Shown: positions 16,874-26,166, counted from the first letter of the stretch. The stretch: DNA of 64,000 nt from a virus (IMGVR_UViG_3300008113_000007:1-64000), one strand, 5' to 3'. Program-made: numbers and translations. Notes: generated by a model not told the origin, from the letters alone.

Positions 16874-18589
16874 ATGTCACACATTAGAATAGACAAGGCG
16901 AAAGCCACTAAAAAGTGGGCACCGGTTCTCGAGAACATGGGTGTCACAGGTGATAGAGTAGAATGGATGGCGGAGTACGCTGAGTTCCACTCAATCAACG
17001 AGAACGCGTATGTAAACGCTTCTAACGTAGGCGGTATGGGCGCTGTATTGAACCCGGTTGTTGGTGACCTCGCAGGTAACCCAAGAACAGGTAACGTACT
17101 TTCACCAGTTGCTGGTTCAGGTGACGTAGGTCAAAACCTTCTTCCAGTTGCGATGAAGATTGCAGCTCAGACTATCGGTCTTGACCTCGTAGCTGTTAAG
17201 CCGTCTCCAGGTCCGAAAATCGACCTTCTTTACATCGACTTCCAATACGACGATGTTAGGTCTACAGACGGAACTGACGAGAGACCACAGGTGTTCAAAA
17301 TCAAATTGAGCTCTGATGACATGATCAAAGTAAAAGACACTGTTACTAAATTTGTTGGTAACGCAGTTCTTACTACTGGCGGTCTTACAAGTGGTAGACT
17401 TTTCGTAGACAACATTCAAGGTAGCTCTGATCTTAAGACTACTGAGTCTGCTGCTGCTCTTGCTACTACTAAGTACAAAAAACTCGAGTTCCTCGGATAC
17501 TCAAGGGTAGACGGTTACCCAATGTTCAGAGCTTGGAGACAAGACAACACAGCTCACACTGCTACTGGTGTTGCTGCCGCATCTACTCGTGCTTTCTGGT
17601 CTTTCGATCAAACAAGAAACACGTTCAACCCAACACAGTCTATGGCTGATCAGATTTCGTACATCGGTACTGCGTCTGTAACACCACAAGAGATTCAGTT
17701 GATTTCTGCACTTGAAGACCACATCCCTGGTTTCTCTGCAAACTGGACAGCTAACATCTCTTCTGGAGACTACCCAATGAACAGGAAACAAGATGACGAT
17801 TCTTACGCTGGTGTTATCGGACCTAAGATCTCTTCTAAGACTATCCAAGTTGGTACTATCGAGGTATCTTCTGCACTCAGAAGAACTGAGATTGAGGACA
17901 TCAAAGCTAACACAGGTATGGACATCGTACAAAAGATGGAATCTATCCTCGTGAACGAGCTTTCCCAAACTATCTCTAAGCAAATCGTCGCTAAGATTTT
18001 CGAAATGGGTGACCTCAACAGAACATCTGCACCTGCATTCGGTGGAAGTGCAACTATCACTGGTCACACAATCTTCGACCTTGACACAGCATACGCTTCT
18101 GGTGGTTCCCTTGGTGGTGAGACTACTCACGCTGTACAAAGGAAGCTTATCACTAAGATAGCTCACGCTTCTAACTTCATCGCGACTGAGGGTCGTGTAG
18201 GTCCTGCTCAATACCTTATCACAAACGGAGGTCTTGCTGCTGCTCTACAAGACATCGCTGGTTACACAATCAACCCAGTGAAATCTAAACTCAACGGACA
18301 AGGTCAGCTTTATCCAGTTGGTTCAATAGGCGACATCGCTATCTACGTTGACCCATACATGAGATACAACGACAACAGAATCGTCCTTGGTAGGAAGAAC
18401 AACCCTGATCAACCAGGTATCATCTTCGTTCCTTACCTTATGGCACAATCTATCTCAGTTATTTCTGAGGCGACTTTCGCACCAAGAATGCTCTTGAGAT
18501 CTAGATATGCTGTTGCAGAAGTTGGTTGGTTCCCACAAAAACAATTCATGACTATCCAAGTAAGAGATGTAGCTCAATTGCTCAACTAA
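16874..18589 (+). CDS. major capsid protein (T4 gp23-like)
   Basis: 'KATKKWAPVLENMGV' versus T4 gp23 'KAELLNKWKPLLEGEGL'; 'LLPVAMKIAAQTIGLDLVAVKPSPGP' versus 'IGPAVMGMVRRAIPNLIAFDICGVQPMNSP'; 571 aa; lies downstream of the protease/scaffold gene as in T4. Confidence 0.9.
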   Translation: MSHIRIDKAKATKKWAPVLENMGVTGDRVEWMAEYAEFHSINENAYVNASNVGGMGAVLNPVVGDLAGNPRTGNVLSPVAGSGDVGQNLLPVAMKIAAQTIGLDLVAVKPSPGPKIDLLYIDFQYDDVRSTDGTDERPQVFKIKLSSDDMIKVKDTVTKFVGNAVLTTGGLTSGRLFVDNIQGSSDLKTTESAAALATTKYKKLEFLGYSRVDGYPMFRAWRQDNTAHTATGVAAASTRAFWSFDQTRNTFNPTQSMADQISYIGTASVTPQEIQLISALEDHIPGFSANWTANISSGDYPMNRKQDDDSYAGVIGPKISSKTIQVGTIEVSSALRRTEIEDIKANTGMDIVQKMESILVNELSQTISKQIVAKIFEMGDLNRTSAPAFGGSATITGHTIFDLDTAYASGGSLGGETTHAVQRKLITKIAHASNFIATEGRVGPAQYLITNGGLAAALQDIAGYTINPVKSKLNGQGQLYPVGSIGDIAIYVDPYMRYNDNRIVLGRKNNPDQPGIIFVPYLMAQSISVISEATFAPRMLLRSRYAVAEVGWFPQKQFMTIQVRDVAQLLN

Positions 18590-18607
18590 TACTAGAAATG
18601 AATACAG

Positions 18608-18639
18608 AAAAGCCACTCGAAGAGTGGCTTTTCTCTTTT
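18608..18639 (+). terminator. rho-independent terminator after the capsid gene (agccactc-gaa-gagtggct plus a T-run)
   Basis: 8-bp hairpin plus TTTCTCTTTT. Confidence 0.65.
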
Positions 18640-18648
18640 AATATATAA
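18640..18648 (+). promoter_or_regulatory. late-promoter-like AATATATAA box 4 nt upstream of the ATG at 18653
   Basis: Same motif and spacing as at 74-82 and 3292-3300. Confidence 0.4.
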
Positions 18649-18652
18649 ACTT

Positions 18653-19129
18653 ATGATTATAAAGAGATTTTCAAAGTATCTTGAGAACTTCGTTGATCCG
18701 GTAAAGGTCGACCTGAAGAAGTTCGACGGAAGCGTCAGGCACAAGATTTTCAACTCATCATCCGGTGAAGTGTTCAACGTCTGGATATCTAAAGACGTTG
18801 ATGCCTCGCTGAAGCTCACACGGCTCTACGTCGGTAAGCACGCGCTCGACCTCGGCGGTTACGCGCCCAGCACGAACGACGTTTGGCTCGGTAAAGAGGA
18901 ATATGTTGCTGTGGTCAAGACGAACAAAGACGACATAGTGCCTAAAGACGTACTTATCGATGTCGCATTCGAACTGAGAAGACTGGCGAATACTCACAAA
19001 GAGGACTTAGACGAAGTTGAAATGTCTAAGAGCTCATTCGTTTCAGTTCGCAACGGAGAGGTTTTGATAGACAGAAAAAACTCTGGTAGAGTGATATTCT
19101 CGCCGGGAAATGTTAGATTTGAATTATGA
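18653..19129 (+). CDS. hypothetical protein
   Basis: ORF; its stop overlaps the start of the peptidase gene (ATGA). Confidence 0.45.
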   Translation: MIIKRFSKYLENFVDPVKVDLKKFDGSVRHKIFNSSSGEVFNVWISKDVDASLKLTRLYVGKHALDLGGYAPSTNDVWLGKEEYVAVVKTNKDDIVPKDVLIDVAFELRRLANTHKEDLDEVEMSKSSFVSVRNGEVLIDRKNSGRVIFSPGNVRFEL

Positions 19130-20148
19130 GAAAAAGAATAGACGAAAAGGAGTTCGGTGGCGACTACACAGACGTGAGGTCGACCTTCCTTTCGCTTACG
19201 TCGAAGACATACCCGCACGGCCACGAGGAAGAGGTTCTCGAACTACTACCATCGCTGGACAGAGACGAGTTCGGAAACTACTACAAAGTAATCGGCGAAC
19301 GTCCAACAACGATGTTCACGTCGCACCTCGACACCGCAGATCACAGGCAGAACAAGACCGAAAGATACTCTTCAATCGAGAACGGCGAAGAGCAAATCAC
19401 AACCGATGGTAACACAATACTCGGCGCAGACGACAAAGCCGGCGTCACGGTAATGCTCTACATGATGGAAAAGAAAGTCCCGGGTCTTTACTACTTCTTC
19501 ATCGGTGAGGAAAGAGGAGGCATAGGATCCAAGAGGCTCGCAAACGATTACGACTCTGTCGAGTTAGTAAAAGACGTGGTAAGATGTGTTTCTTTCGACA
19601 GGAGAGGCACAGGATCCGTAATAACCAAGCAGCTCGGAAGACAGTGCTGCTCTGATACCTTTGCCAACGCGCTCGCCGAGCAATACAACGGCCTGGGTAT
19701 GCAGATGGCACCTGACCCGACCGGAATCTTCACCGACTCTGCGATGCTGATGGGTCTGATACCGGAGTGTACCAACATCTCCGTTGGGTATATGAACGAG
19801 CACACTGGCAAAGAGGTGCAGAACATCACACACCTCGAGAAACTTTGTGTGGCCAGCTGCAAGGTCGACTGGGAATCACTGCCGACCGAGAGAAGTCTCG
19901 AAGACGCCAAAAAGTCTGAAAACGACTATCCCAGTGAGTACAAAGGCATAGTCAAGGACGCCAAGAAACTGGATTCATTCGGTGGTGTAGCAGAAGAGCA
20001 ATATGGTTGGGCACTTTACTTCGACATAGAGGGCCTCAAGCCTTCGGCCGCGGCGTCCGAGCTTAACGGCATCTCTCAACTAATCGATAAGCACGAGTTG
20101 GACAGCCAGTGCTATACCGACAACGGATATCTAATAATAGCACTATGA
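19126..20148 (+). CDS. MH-clan zinc metallopeptidase (M20/M28/M42-like)
   Basis: Metal-ligand motifs in canonical order: 'SHLDTAD' (HxD), 'GADDKAGV' (bridging Asp), 'IGEERGGIGS' (catalytic and metal-binding Glu-Glu). Confidence 0.6.
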   Translation: MRKRIDEKEFGGDYTDVRSTFLSLTSKTYPHGHEEEVLELLPSLDRDEFGNYYKVIGERPTTMFTSHLDTADHRQNKTERYSSIENGEEQITTDGNTILGADDKAGVTVMLYMMEKKVPGLYYFFIGEERGGIGSKRLANDYDSVELVKDVVRCVSFDRRGTGSVITKQLGRQCCSDTFANALAEQYNGLGMQMAPDPTGIFTDSAMLMGLIPECTNISVGYMNEHTGKEVQNITHLEKLCVASCKVDWESLPTERSLEDAKKSENDYPSEYKGIVKDAKKLDSFGGVAEEQYGWALYFDIEGLKPSAAASELNGISQLIDKHELDSQCYTDNGYLIIAL

Positions 20149-20402
20149 GACTGAACAGATACAGAAAATTCGTCGAGTCCAACGGATCCGAATTGAGACG
20201 GTTGATAGACGAAATACACGGACACGAGATGAAGGTCGTCGAGCACGACGACATGATCGAGGTAACTTTCCACCTTGGTAACAGCTTCGAAATATCTAAT
20301 CTTCAGGATCTCTTCGAGCAGGTCGCAAAGGTCGAGAAGAGGTTTCCGGACATAACATGGAAGGACGACGGAGCAGATTTCGTTTTCGAGTTCTACTTTT
20401 AA
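20145..20402 (+). CDS. hypothetical protein; probable true start is MRLNRYRKFVES (CTS-like N-terminus) within track ORF 20109..20402
   Basis: In-frame ATG at 20145 gives an N-terminus matching the recurring MR(L/Y)xK..FxE motif. Confidence 0.4.
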   Translation: MRLNRYRKFVESNGSELRRLIDEIHGHEMKVVEHDDMIEVTFHLGNSFEISNLQDLFEQVAKVEKRFPDITWKDDGADFVFEFYF

Positions 20403-20418
20403 TTGTTATATTTGTGGA

Positions 20419-20856
20419 ATGGTCACAGAGACGACATTCCAGAACATGATCAGGTTCGCCTTCCACTTCAACCGCCATATGGGTAACAAAGTCGAGGATA
20501 TGGATGCTACGTACATACTCGAGAAGTGGAACGCCTACTTCGGCGACTCCGTTCCGCCGGTTCCGACTACGGATTTCCTCGAACAATATGTTGCCTCGCT
20601 TTGGTGCCAGAGGTGGTCCAACTTCGAACGCGTCGCCGGACACATCCAGCTTATACAGAGAATGAACACGAAATTGACGCCGCAGAGGATCCTCGAGGTT
20701 TTCGAGGGCACTCAGTGGGACGATAACAGAAATTCCGTCTACGAGAACCTACATCCCAATGTACGCCAGGTCATGGACGGGTGGTTGTCCGCACACAATA
20801 AGGAGATGAAGCAGGTGCTCCGAGAAATTCGCCTGGACGCGTTAACTTCCAAATAA
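20419..20856 (+). CDS. hypothetical protein
   Basis: ORF only. Confidence 0.4.
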   Translation: MVTETTFQNMIRFAFHFNRHMGNKVEDMDATYILEKWNAYFGDSVPPVPTTDFLEQYVASLWCQRWSNFERVAGHIQLIQRMNTKLTPQRILEVFEGTQWDDNRNSVYENLHPNVRQVMDGWLSAHNKEMKQVLREIRLDALTSK

Positions 20857-20874
20857 AAGCCCTATATTCGCTAT

Positions 20875-21069
20875 ATGAAACCGTTACAGAGAGTGATAAG
20901 CACATTCGACGTCGACGCCGCGCTTTACGAGGCCAGACAGCGATGCCATTGGTACATAGACGGCTACTTCCTGCACGGTCTAACCCCTGAGCTTTTCTCC
21001 TCTCTTTCCACGGAAAGGATCTGTGAGATTTACAACGTAGAAATCGATTACTTTAAAATAAGAAAATGA
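20875..21069 (+). CDS. small hypothetical protein
   Basis: ORF only. Confidence 0.3.
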   Translation: MKPLQRVISTFDVDAALYEARQRCHWYIDGYFLHGLTPELFSSLSTERICEIYNVEIDYFKIRK

Positions 21070-21263
21070 AAAAAATAGCAAGCATCGCACTGCACTTGAT
21101 AGGCTTCGTGGCCTGGGTGTCACTTACGTCTTTTCTTTTGGACCATTTCATAAGCCGTCCAACAAATCCAATCATACAGACAGGAATATTTATTTTTATA
21201 ATGCTGTACACAATGGGATTTATTCACTATATTTACACTCGTATAACCAATAAAAACAAATAA
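21066..21263 (+). CDS. small membrane protein (two hydrophobic helices), possibly an NfeD-like partner of the SPFH protein
   Basis: Hydrophobic 65-aa ORF immediately upstream of the SPFH gene with overlapping start/stop. Confidence 0.35.
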   Translation: MKKIASIALHLIGFVAWVSLTSFLLDHFISRPTNPIIQTGIFIFIMLYTMGFIHYIYTRITNKNK

Positions 21264-22208
21264 ATGATAACTACAATTCTGGTCATAGTGGCCTTGGCCT
21301 TTGCTGCCTACAAAATCATCACTGGTATCCAGACGATACAGGGTGCAGGTTACAACAACAAAACACAGGAGGCGGAAGGTCGAAAGTCCGTCACGATCGG
21401 TATTGTAGGTGGGGTAGGTATTATTATCTTCGCCTTCATACAGCCTTTCTCGATTGAGAGGGTAGACGCGGGACACGTCGGGATCAAGGTGAACCTTACA
21501 GGGGACAACAGGGGCGTCTCGAAGTACCAGTATAAGACAGGATGGGTCGTTTACAACACCTGGACGGAGAACCTGTACGAGTTCCCGACGTTCCAGCAGC
21601 ACATCGAGTTCGACCAGCAGCAGGTCATCACAAAAGGTGGCTTCCCGGCTGACATCAAGCCTTCTTTCAACTACTCGTTGAAGCCTACCGCGGTCGGCGA
21701 CATGTTCGTGAACCTTCGACTCCCTATCAAGGACGTAGAGCAGGGTTGGCTTAAGAACGCGATTGTCGGTGCAGTGAACGACGTCGCTAACACCTGGGAG
21801 GTCGACTCCATCTTCGGTCACCGCCAGGCATTCGAGACTGCCATCGTGAACGAGTGCAACATACGTCTTTCTAAATGGTTCGCCGTTTCTCAGATGAGAT
21901 CTAACATCGTCCCGCCTGAGGCATTACAGGAGGCAATCGTTGCCAAAACGAGATCTGTTCAGCAGGCAGAGGCGTCGAAGCAGCAGGCTTTGGCTGCACA
22001 GGCAGACGGACAGCGCAAGATTGCCGTTGCGAAGGCTGACTCCGCAGAGACCGTAATCAACGCGTCGGCGAAGGCGAAGGCGATGGAGCTTACGCAGCAA
22101 AAGCTTACTCCTCTTTACGTAGAGTACAAGAAGGTTGAGAAATGGGACGGCCACAACTCAAGCACCGTACTTGGCAACGGCAGCAACACGTTGGTAAACG
22201 TAAAATAA
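21264..22208 (+). CDS. SPFH/Band-7 (stomatin/prohibitin/HflK-like) membrane protein
   Basis: N-terminal TM helix followed by a Band-7-type core ('GHVGIKVNLTGD...') and an Ala/Gln-rich coiled-coil C-terminus 'QQAEASKQQALAAQADGQRKIAVAKADSAE'. Confidence 0.7.
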   Translation: MITTILVIVALAFAAYKIITGIQTIQGAGYNNKTQEAEGRKSVTIGIVGGVGIIIFAFIQPFSIERVDAGHVGIKVNLTGDNRGVSKYQYKTGWVVYNTWTENLYEFPTFQQHIEFDQQQVITKGGFPADIKPSFNYSLKPTAVGDMFVNLRLPIKDVEQGWLKNAIVGAVNDVANTWEVDSIFGHRQAFETAIVNECNIRLSKWFAVSQMRSNIVPPEALQEAIVAKTRSVQQAEASKQQALAAQADGQRKIAVAKADSAETVINASAKAKAMELTQQKLTPLYVEYKKVEKWDGHNSSTVLGNGSNTLVNVK

Positions 22209-22216
22209 CACATATT

Positions 22217-22253
22217 CAATCGGGCGGGTTGCCCTGCCCGATTGAACTTTTTT
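22217..22253 (+). terminator. rho-independent terminator (caatcgggc...gcccgattg plus a T-run)
   Basis: 9-bp inverted repeat followed by TTTTTTCG. Confidence 0.6.
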
Positions 22254-22269
22254 CGTTCTTTGATTATAA

Positions 22270-22278
22270 TATATAACA
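22270..22278 (+). promoter_or_regulatory. AATATATAA box immediately upstream of the tmRNA-like gene
   Basis: Same motif as upstream of the structural genes; about 10 nt before the GGGG 5' end. Confidence 0.35.
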
Positions 22279-22288
22279 AACACACAAC

Positions 22289-22660
22289 GGGGATGTCATG
22301 GATTCGCCTAGCGGAATACAGGTAGTTGTGCAGGTATCGGGTTGTCGAATGTCCGATTAACAAATTAGACGGCGAACTGTCGTAAATGGCAAAACAAATG
22401 AAGTAGGAACCCGTGAAGACTTAGTAGCGGCCCTCGCAAAGATCGGCTCTAAAGAGCTCGAGTTGGCGTAGAAATATACCGACGAACAAAAATTCTCCAA
22501 GCTGTCCCGCGCAGTCCACAAATGCGGAACCAGATTGTTAGAGTGATGGGTCAGTTCAACTAACTATTTTGTGAGCTTCGAAAAACTCTCTAAGCCTGTG
22601 AACGAGCACCTATTGGTAGCCGATTAGTACATCGGGGTCAGTGCCCGATCATCTCCACTA
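22289..22660 (+). ncRNA. ssrA: tmRNA (ssrA)-like gene, one-piece
   Basis: 5' 'GGGGAUGUCAUGGAUUCGCC' versus the E. coli tmRNA 5' 'GGGGCUGAUUCUGGAUUCGAC'. 3' T-arm-like 'UCGGG-GUCAGUG-CCCGA' followed by 'UCAUCUCC', which pairs with the 5' 'GGGGAUG' to give a 7-bp acceptor stem with one G-U pair. ~372 nt with no protein ORF; own terminator downstream. The 3' end reads ACUA rather than ACCA. Confidence 0.55.
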
Positions 22661-22696
22661 AAAAAAACAAGCCCTCGTAAGAGGGCTTTGTTGTTT
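22661..22696 (+). terminator. rho-independent terminator after the tmRNA-like gene (aagccctc-gtaa-gagggctt plus a T-run)
   Basis: Perfect 8-bp hairpin plus TGTTGTTT. Confidence 0.65.
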
Positions 22697-22715
22697 AATC
22701 CTTATCTTCGCCACT

Positions 22716-23003
22716 ATGAAGCACGGCAACAAGCACTGGGAAAGAGAGAAGCGATACAGGGCGCTCCGAATGGAGTACCTCGGTCGCGACGTGTCCGAGT
22801 CGCGCGAGGCCTGGCTCGAGTCCTACCTGGACCGAAACTTCTACGACTGGAACGTCTACTACAACTCCGCGCCTAAGCACTTCCGCAAGATGCTCAACCG
22901 CGGCCGACGCGCGCACAACAAACAAATACTCTTCAACATCCTAAAAGGAATAGACGCCGAGTTCGACGACAACTACAAGGACGCGGCTTGGCACTACTGG
23001 TGA
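22716..23003 (+). CDS. hypothetical protein (Trp/Tyr-rich)
   Basis: ORF only. Confidence 0.4.
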   Translation: MKHGNKHWEREKRYRALRMEYLGRDVSESREAWLESYLDRNFYDWNVYYNSAPKHFRKMLNRGRRAHNKQILFNILKGIDAEFDDNYKDAAWHYW

Positions 23004-23006
23004 TTT

Positions 23007-23495
23007 ATGATAAACAGCTTCAGCGGAAGATACAGCTTCCTTTCCAACTTCTACCCGTGCAAGATTTTGCACCAGGGCATAACGTACCCCTCGGTCGAGC
23101 ACTTCTACGTCGCGATGAAGTGCAACGGCCCGCAGCAGATGAACGGCGTGCAGTACACCCCTATTGACTTCCGTGAGATGCTCGCGCGAATACCGGAGCC
23201 CGGTGTCGTCAAGAAAATAGGCAACAAGATAGTTCTCAGAAAGGACTGGGACGACAAGAAGCTGGAGTTCATGAACTGGGCGGTTCGTGAGAAGTTTTCG
23301 GACAACAAGCTGGCTGAGTTACTTCTCATGACCGGCGACGAGCCACTCGTCGAGGGGAACAACTGGCGAGACACGTTCTGGGGAGTGTGCGACGGCAAGG
23401 GCCAGAACCACCTAGGTAAGATACTGATGCAGGTCAGGGACGAGCTTCGCGGAACGCAGAGGACCGGCCTGGAGGCTGTGCTAGGTCTTAGGTAA
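23007..23495 (+). CDS. NADAR (YbiA-like, DUF1768) family protein
   Basis: 'FLSNFYPCKI...YPSVEHFYVAMK...WGVCDGKGQNHLGKILMQVRDEL' matches NADAR signature blocks. Confidence 0.75.
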   Translation: MINSFSGRYSFLSNFYPCKILHQGITYPSVEHFYVAMKCNGPQQMNGVQYTPIDFREMLARIPEPGVVKKIGNKIVLRKDWDDKKLEFMNWAVREKFSDNKLAELLLMTGDEPLVEGNNWRDTFWGVCDGKGQNHLGKILMQVRDELRGTQRTGLEAVLGLR

Positions 23496-23549
23496 ACTTC
23501 ACGGTCACTAACCCATATAACAAAGACAAAAACTAATAAAATCAAATAA

Positions 23550-24482
23550 ATGAGCGTTATCAGTTATTTCGGTGGCAAGGCCGCCTTCCAATCATTCATA
23601 ACCCCAAATATTCCATTTGAGGAGTGCACAACCTACCTAGAGCCGTTCTCCGGGTCGTTCGCGATCTACCTCGATTCCAAGATGGAGTTCAACACCGTGG
23701 TCTTCAACGACCGTAACAGGCACCAGGCGAACCTGATGAAGTGTTGCTCGGAGCCAGAGAAGTTTCTTCCTGTTTTGAAGGCTCTTCTCGCACCAGGTAA
23801 CAGGCTGCACTGCACCGCGACGTCTGTGGACGACAAATGGGACTTCTATAAGGCAATCTATAGGGAGTACGTACAAAACGACTTCCTGGACGATATGAAC
23901 TTCGAGATTGGTGATATGGACAAGGCCGCGATGTACGCGTTCCTGATTACATCGTCTTTCTCTAGCGTCTACCCTCGCGGCGGTGGCTTCACAGGCTATA
24001 AGAAGAAGAAGGACAAGCTGAACCTCAGCATACTCATCAACAAGCTCGAGAAGAACAAATACACCGAGCGTCTGAAGAAAATCACAGAGTTCCACAACAT
24101 GGACTTCGAGGAGGTCATCCGCAAGTACGACTCTGAGGACACATACATCTACCTTGACCCGCCATACGCTCGTTTCAACGAGGTGAAGCAGGACGACGAC
24201 GGCAGGAGGCTTTTCTGGTACGGATGCGACGACGAGAACGCGTTCGGGGTTGCGTCTCACAGGAGGCTTCTCGAGCTTCTGAAGACTACTAAGTCGAGAT
24301 GGTCGTTGTCCTACTACTACTTCCCTTTGCTCGAGGAGATTCTTCCGAAGGACAAGTACATCTGGACGTCTAAGGAGTTCCACAGACCTTCTGCGGTCAT
24401 CAAGACTGAGGGCGTCGAGAAGGAGAAGGGCATCGAGCTGCTGATTATGAACTACGATCCTGAAACAGGAAAAAGAGTTTAG
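23550..24482 (+). CDS. dam: DNA N6-adenine methyltransferase (Dam/D12 class)
   Basis: N-terminal SAM-binding motif 'SYFGGKA' (Dam motif X/I region) and catalytic 'YLDPPYA' (DPPY). Confidence 0.8.
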   Translation: MSVISYFGGKAAFQSFITPNIPFEECTTYLEPFSGSFAIYLDSKMEFNTVVFNDRNRHQANLMKCCSEPEKFLPVLKALLAPGNRLHCTATSVDDKWDFYKAIYREYVQNDFLDDMNFEIGDMDKAAMYAFLITSSFSSVYPRGGGFTGYKKKKDKLNLSILINKLEKNKYTERLKKITEFHNMDFEEVIRKYDSEDTYIYLDPPYARFNEVKQDDDGRRLFWYGCDDENAFGVASHRRLLELLKTTKSRWSLSYYYFPLLEEILPKDKYIWTSKEFHRPSAVIKTEGVEKEKGIELLIMNYDPETGKRV

Positions 24483-24484
24483 TT

Positions 24485-24769
24485 ATGTTCGAGGGTAGGT
24501 TCGAGGAGTTGCACGAGTTGGGTTTCGAGGTACAGTTGCATTGGAACGACTGGTTCGGAATCTACGACATGAGAGTTCACGAAAAGGTTCTCAGCTGCAA
24601 CTACGAGGACATAGGAATACCCTACACGAAGATGGTCGAGGAGTGCCTCGAGATGTTCGACGACTGGTACGAGCAGTCGACCAATCTGCCCGACGACGTT
24701 TCGTGGGAGTTCATCGGCGACATAACAAAGCGTGTCCGCCGGAATATGGGCATAGACAAAATCTTGTGA
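24485..24769 (+). CDS. hypothetical protein
   Basis: ORF followed by a strong terminator. Confidence 0.4.
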   Translation: MFEGRFEELHELGFEVQLHWNDWFGIYDMRVHEKVLSCNYEDIGIPYTKMVEECLEMFDDWYEQSTNLPDDVSWEFIGDITKRVRRNMGIDKIL

Positions 24770-24800
24770 AAAGGCCGCGAATTTCGCGGCCTTTTTTTGT
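24770..24800 (+). terminator. rho-independent terminator (ggccgcgaa-t-ttcgcggcc plus a T-run)
   Basis: 9-bp GC-rich hairpin plus TTTTTTTG. Confidence 0.7.
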
Positions 24801-24824
24801 TTATATTTGTAGAAAATTGTTTTT

Positions 24825-25562
24825 ATGATTTTCGCATTTTTCTTATTGTTTGTATTGATCCTGATACTTCTTTACAAACTTATTTATGCCGTTGGTGAAA
24901 TTCACTTCTCAGGTAATGGTAAGAAGACTGAGAAGATTGCCAAGATACTCGATTTGGTCGAGCGCGACTGGCTTTCCAGCAAGAACGTCTACATAAACAA
25001 GAATATGAAGCTCGATCCTTTCTACTGGTATATGAAGGCCAGGAAGGAGTCATTTTTCTTCGACAGTGAGTACGGCTTCGGAGACGAGTATTCCTATACG
25101 TTCGAGAACGACTACGTGCTGCGTTTCTATGTCGGTGACGACAGGTCCAGGATCGTCCTTCGTGACCGAACGGGTAGTAAGATTTCCGAGATTGACGTGA
25201 AGAAGACAAACGCCGCGTGTTCGGAGTTGCTCGATAAGATAAAGAGCATAAGGTATGTATGCCAGGACCTCAAGGATAGCATCGGTAGGGCTCAGAGAAA
25301 GTACAATGAATACCAGTATGATCAGGAGTACAACAGAAACCAACGTGCGTATTCAGGTTTTACGCAGTCTGGCTCGCAGCCTAAGAATGACGAGTATTCG
25401 GGATTGGATCTGAATAAGGCGGACAAGTTGAGGAAGTTGGACGAGAAGATAAAGCTTCGTCAGGAGCAGATAAACAAGATGCCGAAAGGCAGCGATCGCG
25501 ATGGTTTGGTCAACGAGTTGGACAACTACAAGCGCGCTCGCGAGAGGATGCTGAAGGTTTAA
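24825..25562 (+). CDS. membrane-anchored hypothetical protein (N-terminal TM helix, C-terminal coiled coil)
   Basis: Hydrophobic N-terminal 20 aa; charged heptad-like C-terminus. Confidence 0.45.
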   Translation: MIFAFFLLFVLILILLYKLIYAVGEIHFSGNGKKTEKIAKILDLVERDWLSSKNVYINKNMKLDPFYWYMKARKESFFFDSEYGFGDEYSYTFENDYVLRFYVGDDRSRIVLRDRTGSKISEIDVKKTNAACSELLDKIKSIRYVCQDLKDSIGRAQRKYNEYQYDQEYNRNQRAYSGFTQSGSQPKNDEYSGLDLNKADKLRKLDEKIKLRQEQINKMPKGSDRDGLVNELDNYKRARERMLKV

Positions 25563-25579
25563 TCACGGTATATAAACAA

Positions 25580-25608
25580 AAAGAGAGTCATTTAGACTCT
25601 CTTCTTTA
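25580..25608. terminator. bidirectional terminator between convergent genes (agagagtc-attta-gactctct)
   Basis: 8-bp hairpin flanked by A and T runs. Confidence 0.55.
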
Positions 25609-25620
25609 TATTATATTATA

Positions 25621-26166
25621 TTATCCCCTGAAAGGAGCATTTTGCGCAACTACCCTGAAAAAACTATAAGCATTTTCTATTAACTCCATTATACGGGTAT
25701 ATTTTTCTACAATACCTTTATTGGTATTCCAGAAAGCATCGGCGATTGGGTTTCCTTGACTGTCATTACCTAGCACTTCGAACTCTTCAGCCATATCCGC
25801 GAATTTTTCCTTTATATCCTGTGGACTTGCGTCAAGTTCTTTCTTAAGATGATATGAGAGCTTATCATAGTACTTATTGATTGTGGAAATATTCCTGCCT
25901 TTGTCATCTCTTGTGTTCTCGACAATCTTGTCTTGCTCTATTGTGTCAAGCTTGTCCTCCACCTCTGGTAGTGTGACCTGCGTCACCTTCCTGGTAATCG
26001 GATCGAACTCGTTCCTGTCGTTCTGTGGGAAGTTCTGCCTGTCGGAGTTAGGCTGGAAGCTTCTCCTTACCTTTCCTAGCTTATCCTTCTCGACGTCGGC
26101 GCTGAAGTCCTTGAAGTTGGCGACCTTTCTGTTCGCGTTGAATACTGGTTGGTTGTCCCTGTTCAT
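25621..26166 (-). CDS. hypothetical protein, distal gene of the minus-strand 'internal protein' operon
   Basis: ORF only. Confidence 0.4.
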   Translation of the reverse strand: MNRDNQPVFNANRKVANFKDFSADVEKDKLGKVRRSFQPNSDRQNFPQNDRNEFDPITRKVTQVTLPEVEDKLDTIEQDKIVENTRDDKGRNISTINKYYDKLSYHLKKELDASPQDIKEKFADMAEEFEVLGNDSQGNPIADAFWNTNKGIVEKYTRIMELIENAYSFFRVVAQNAPFRG

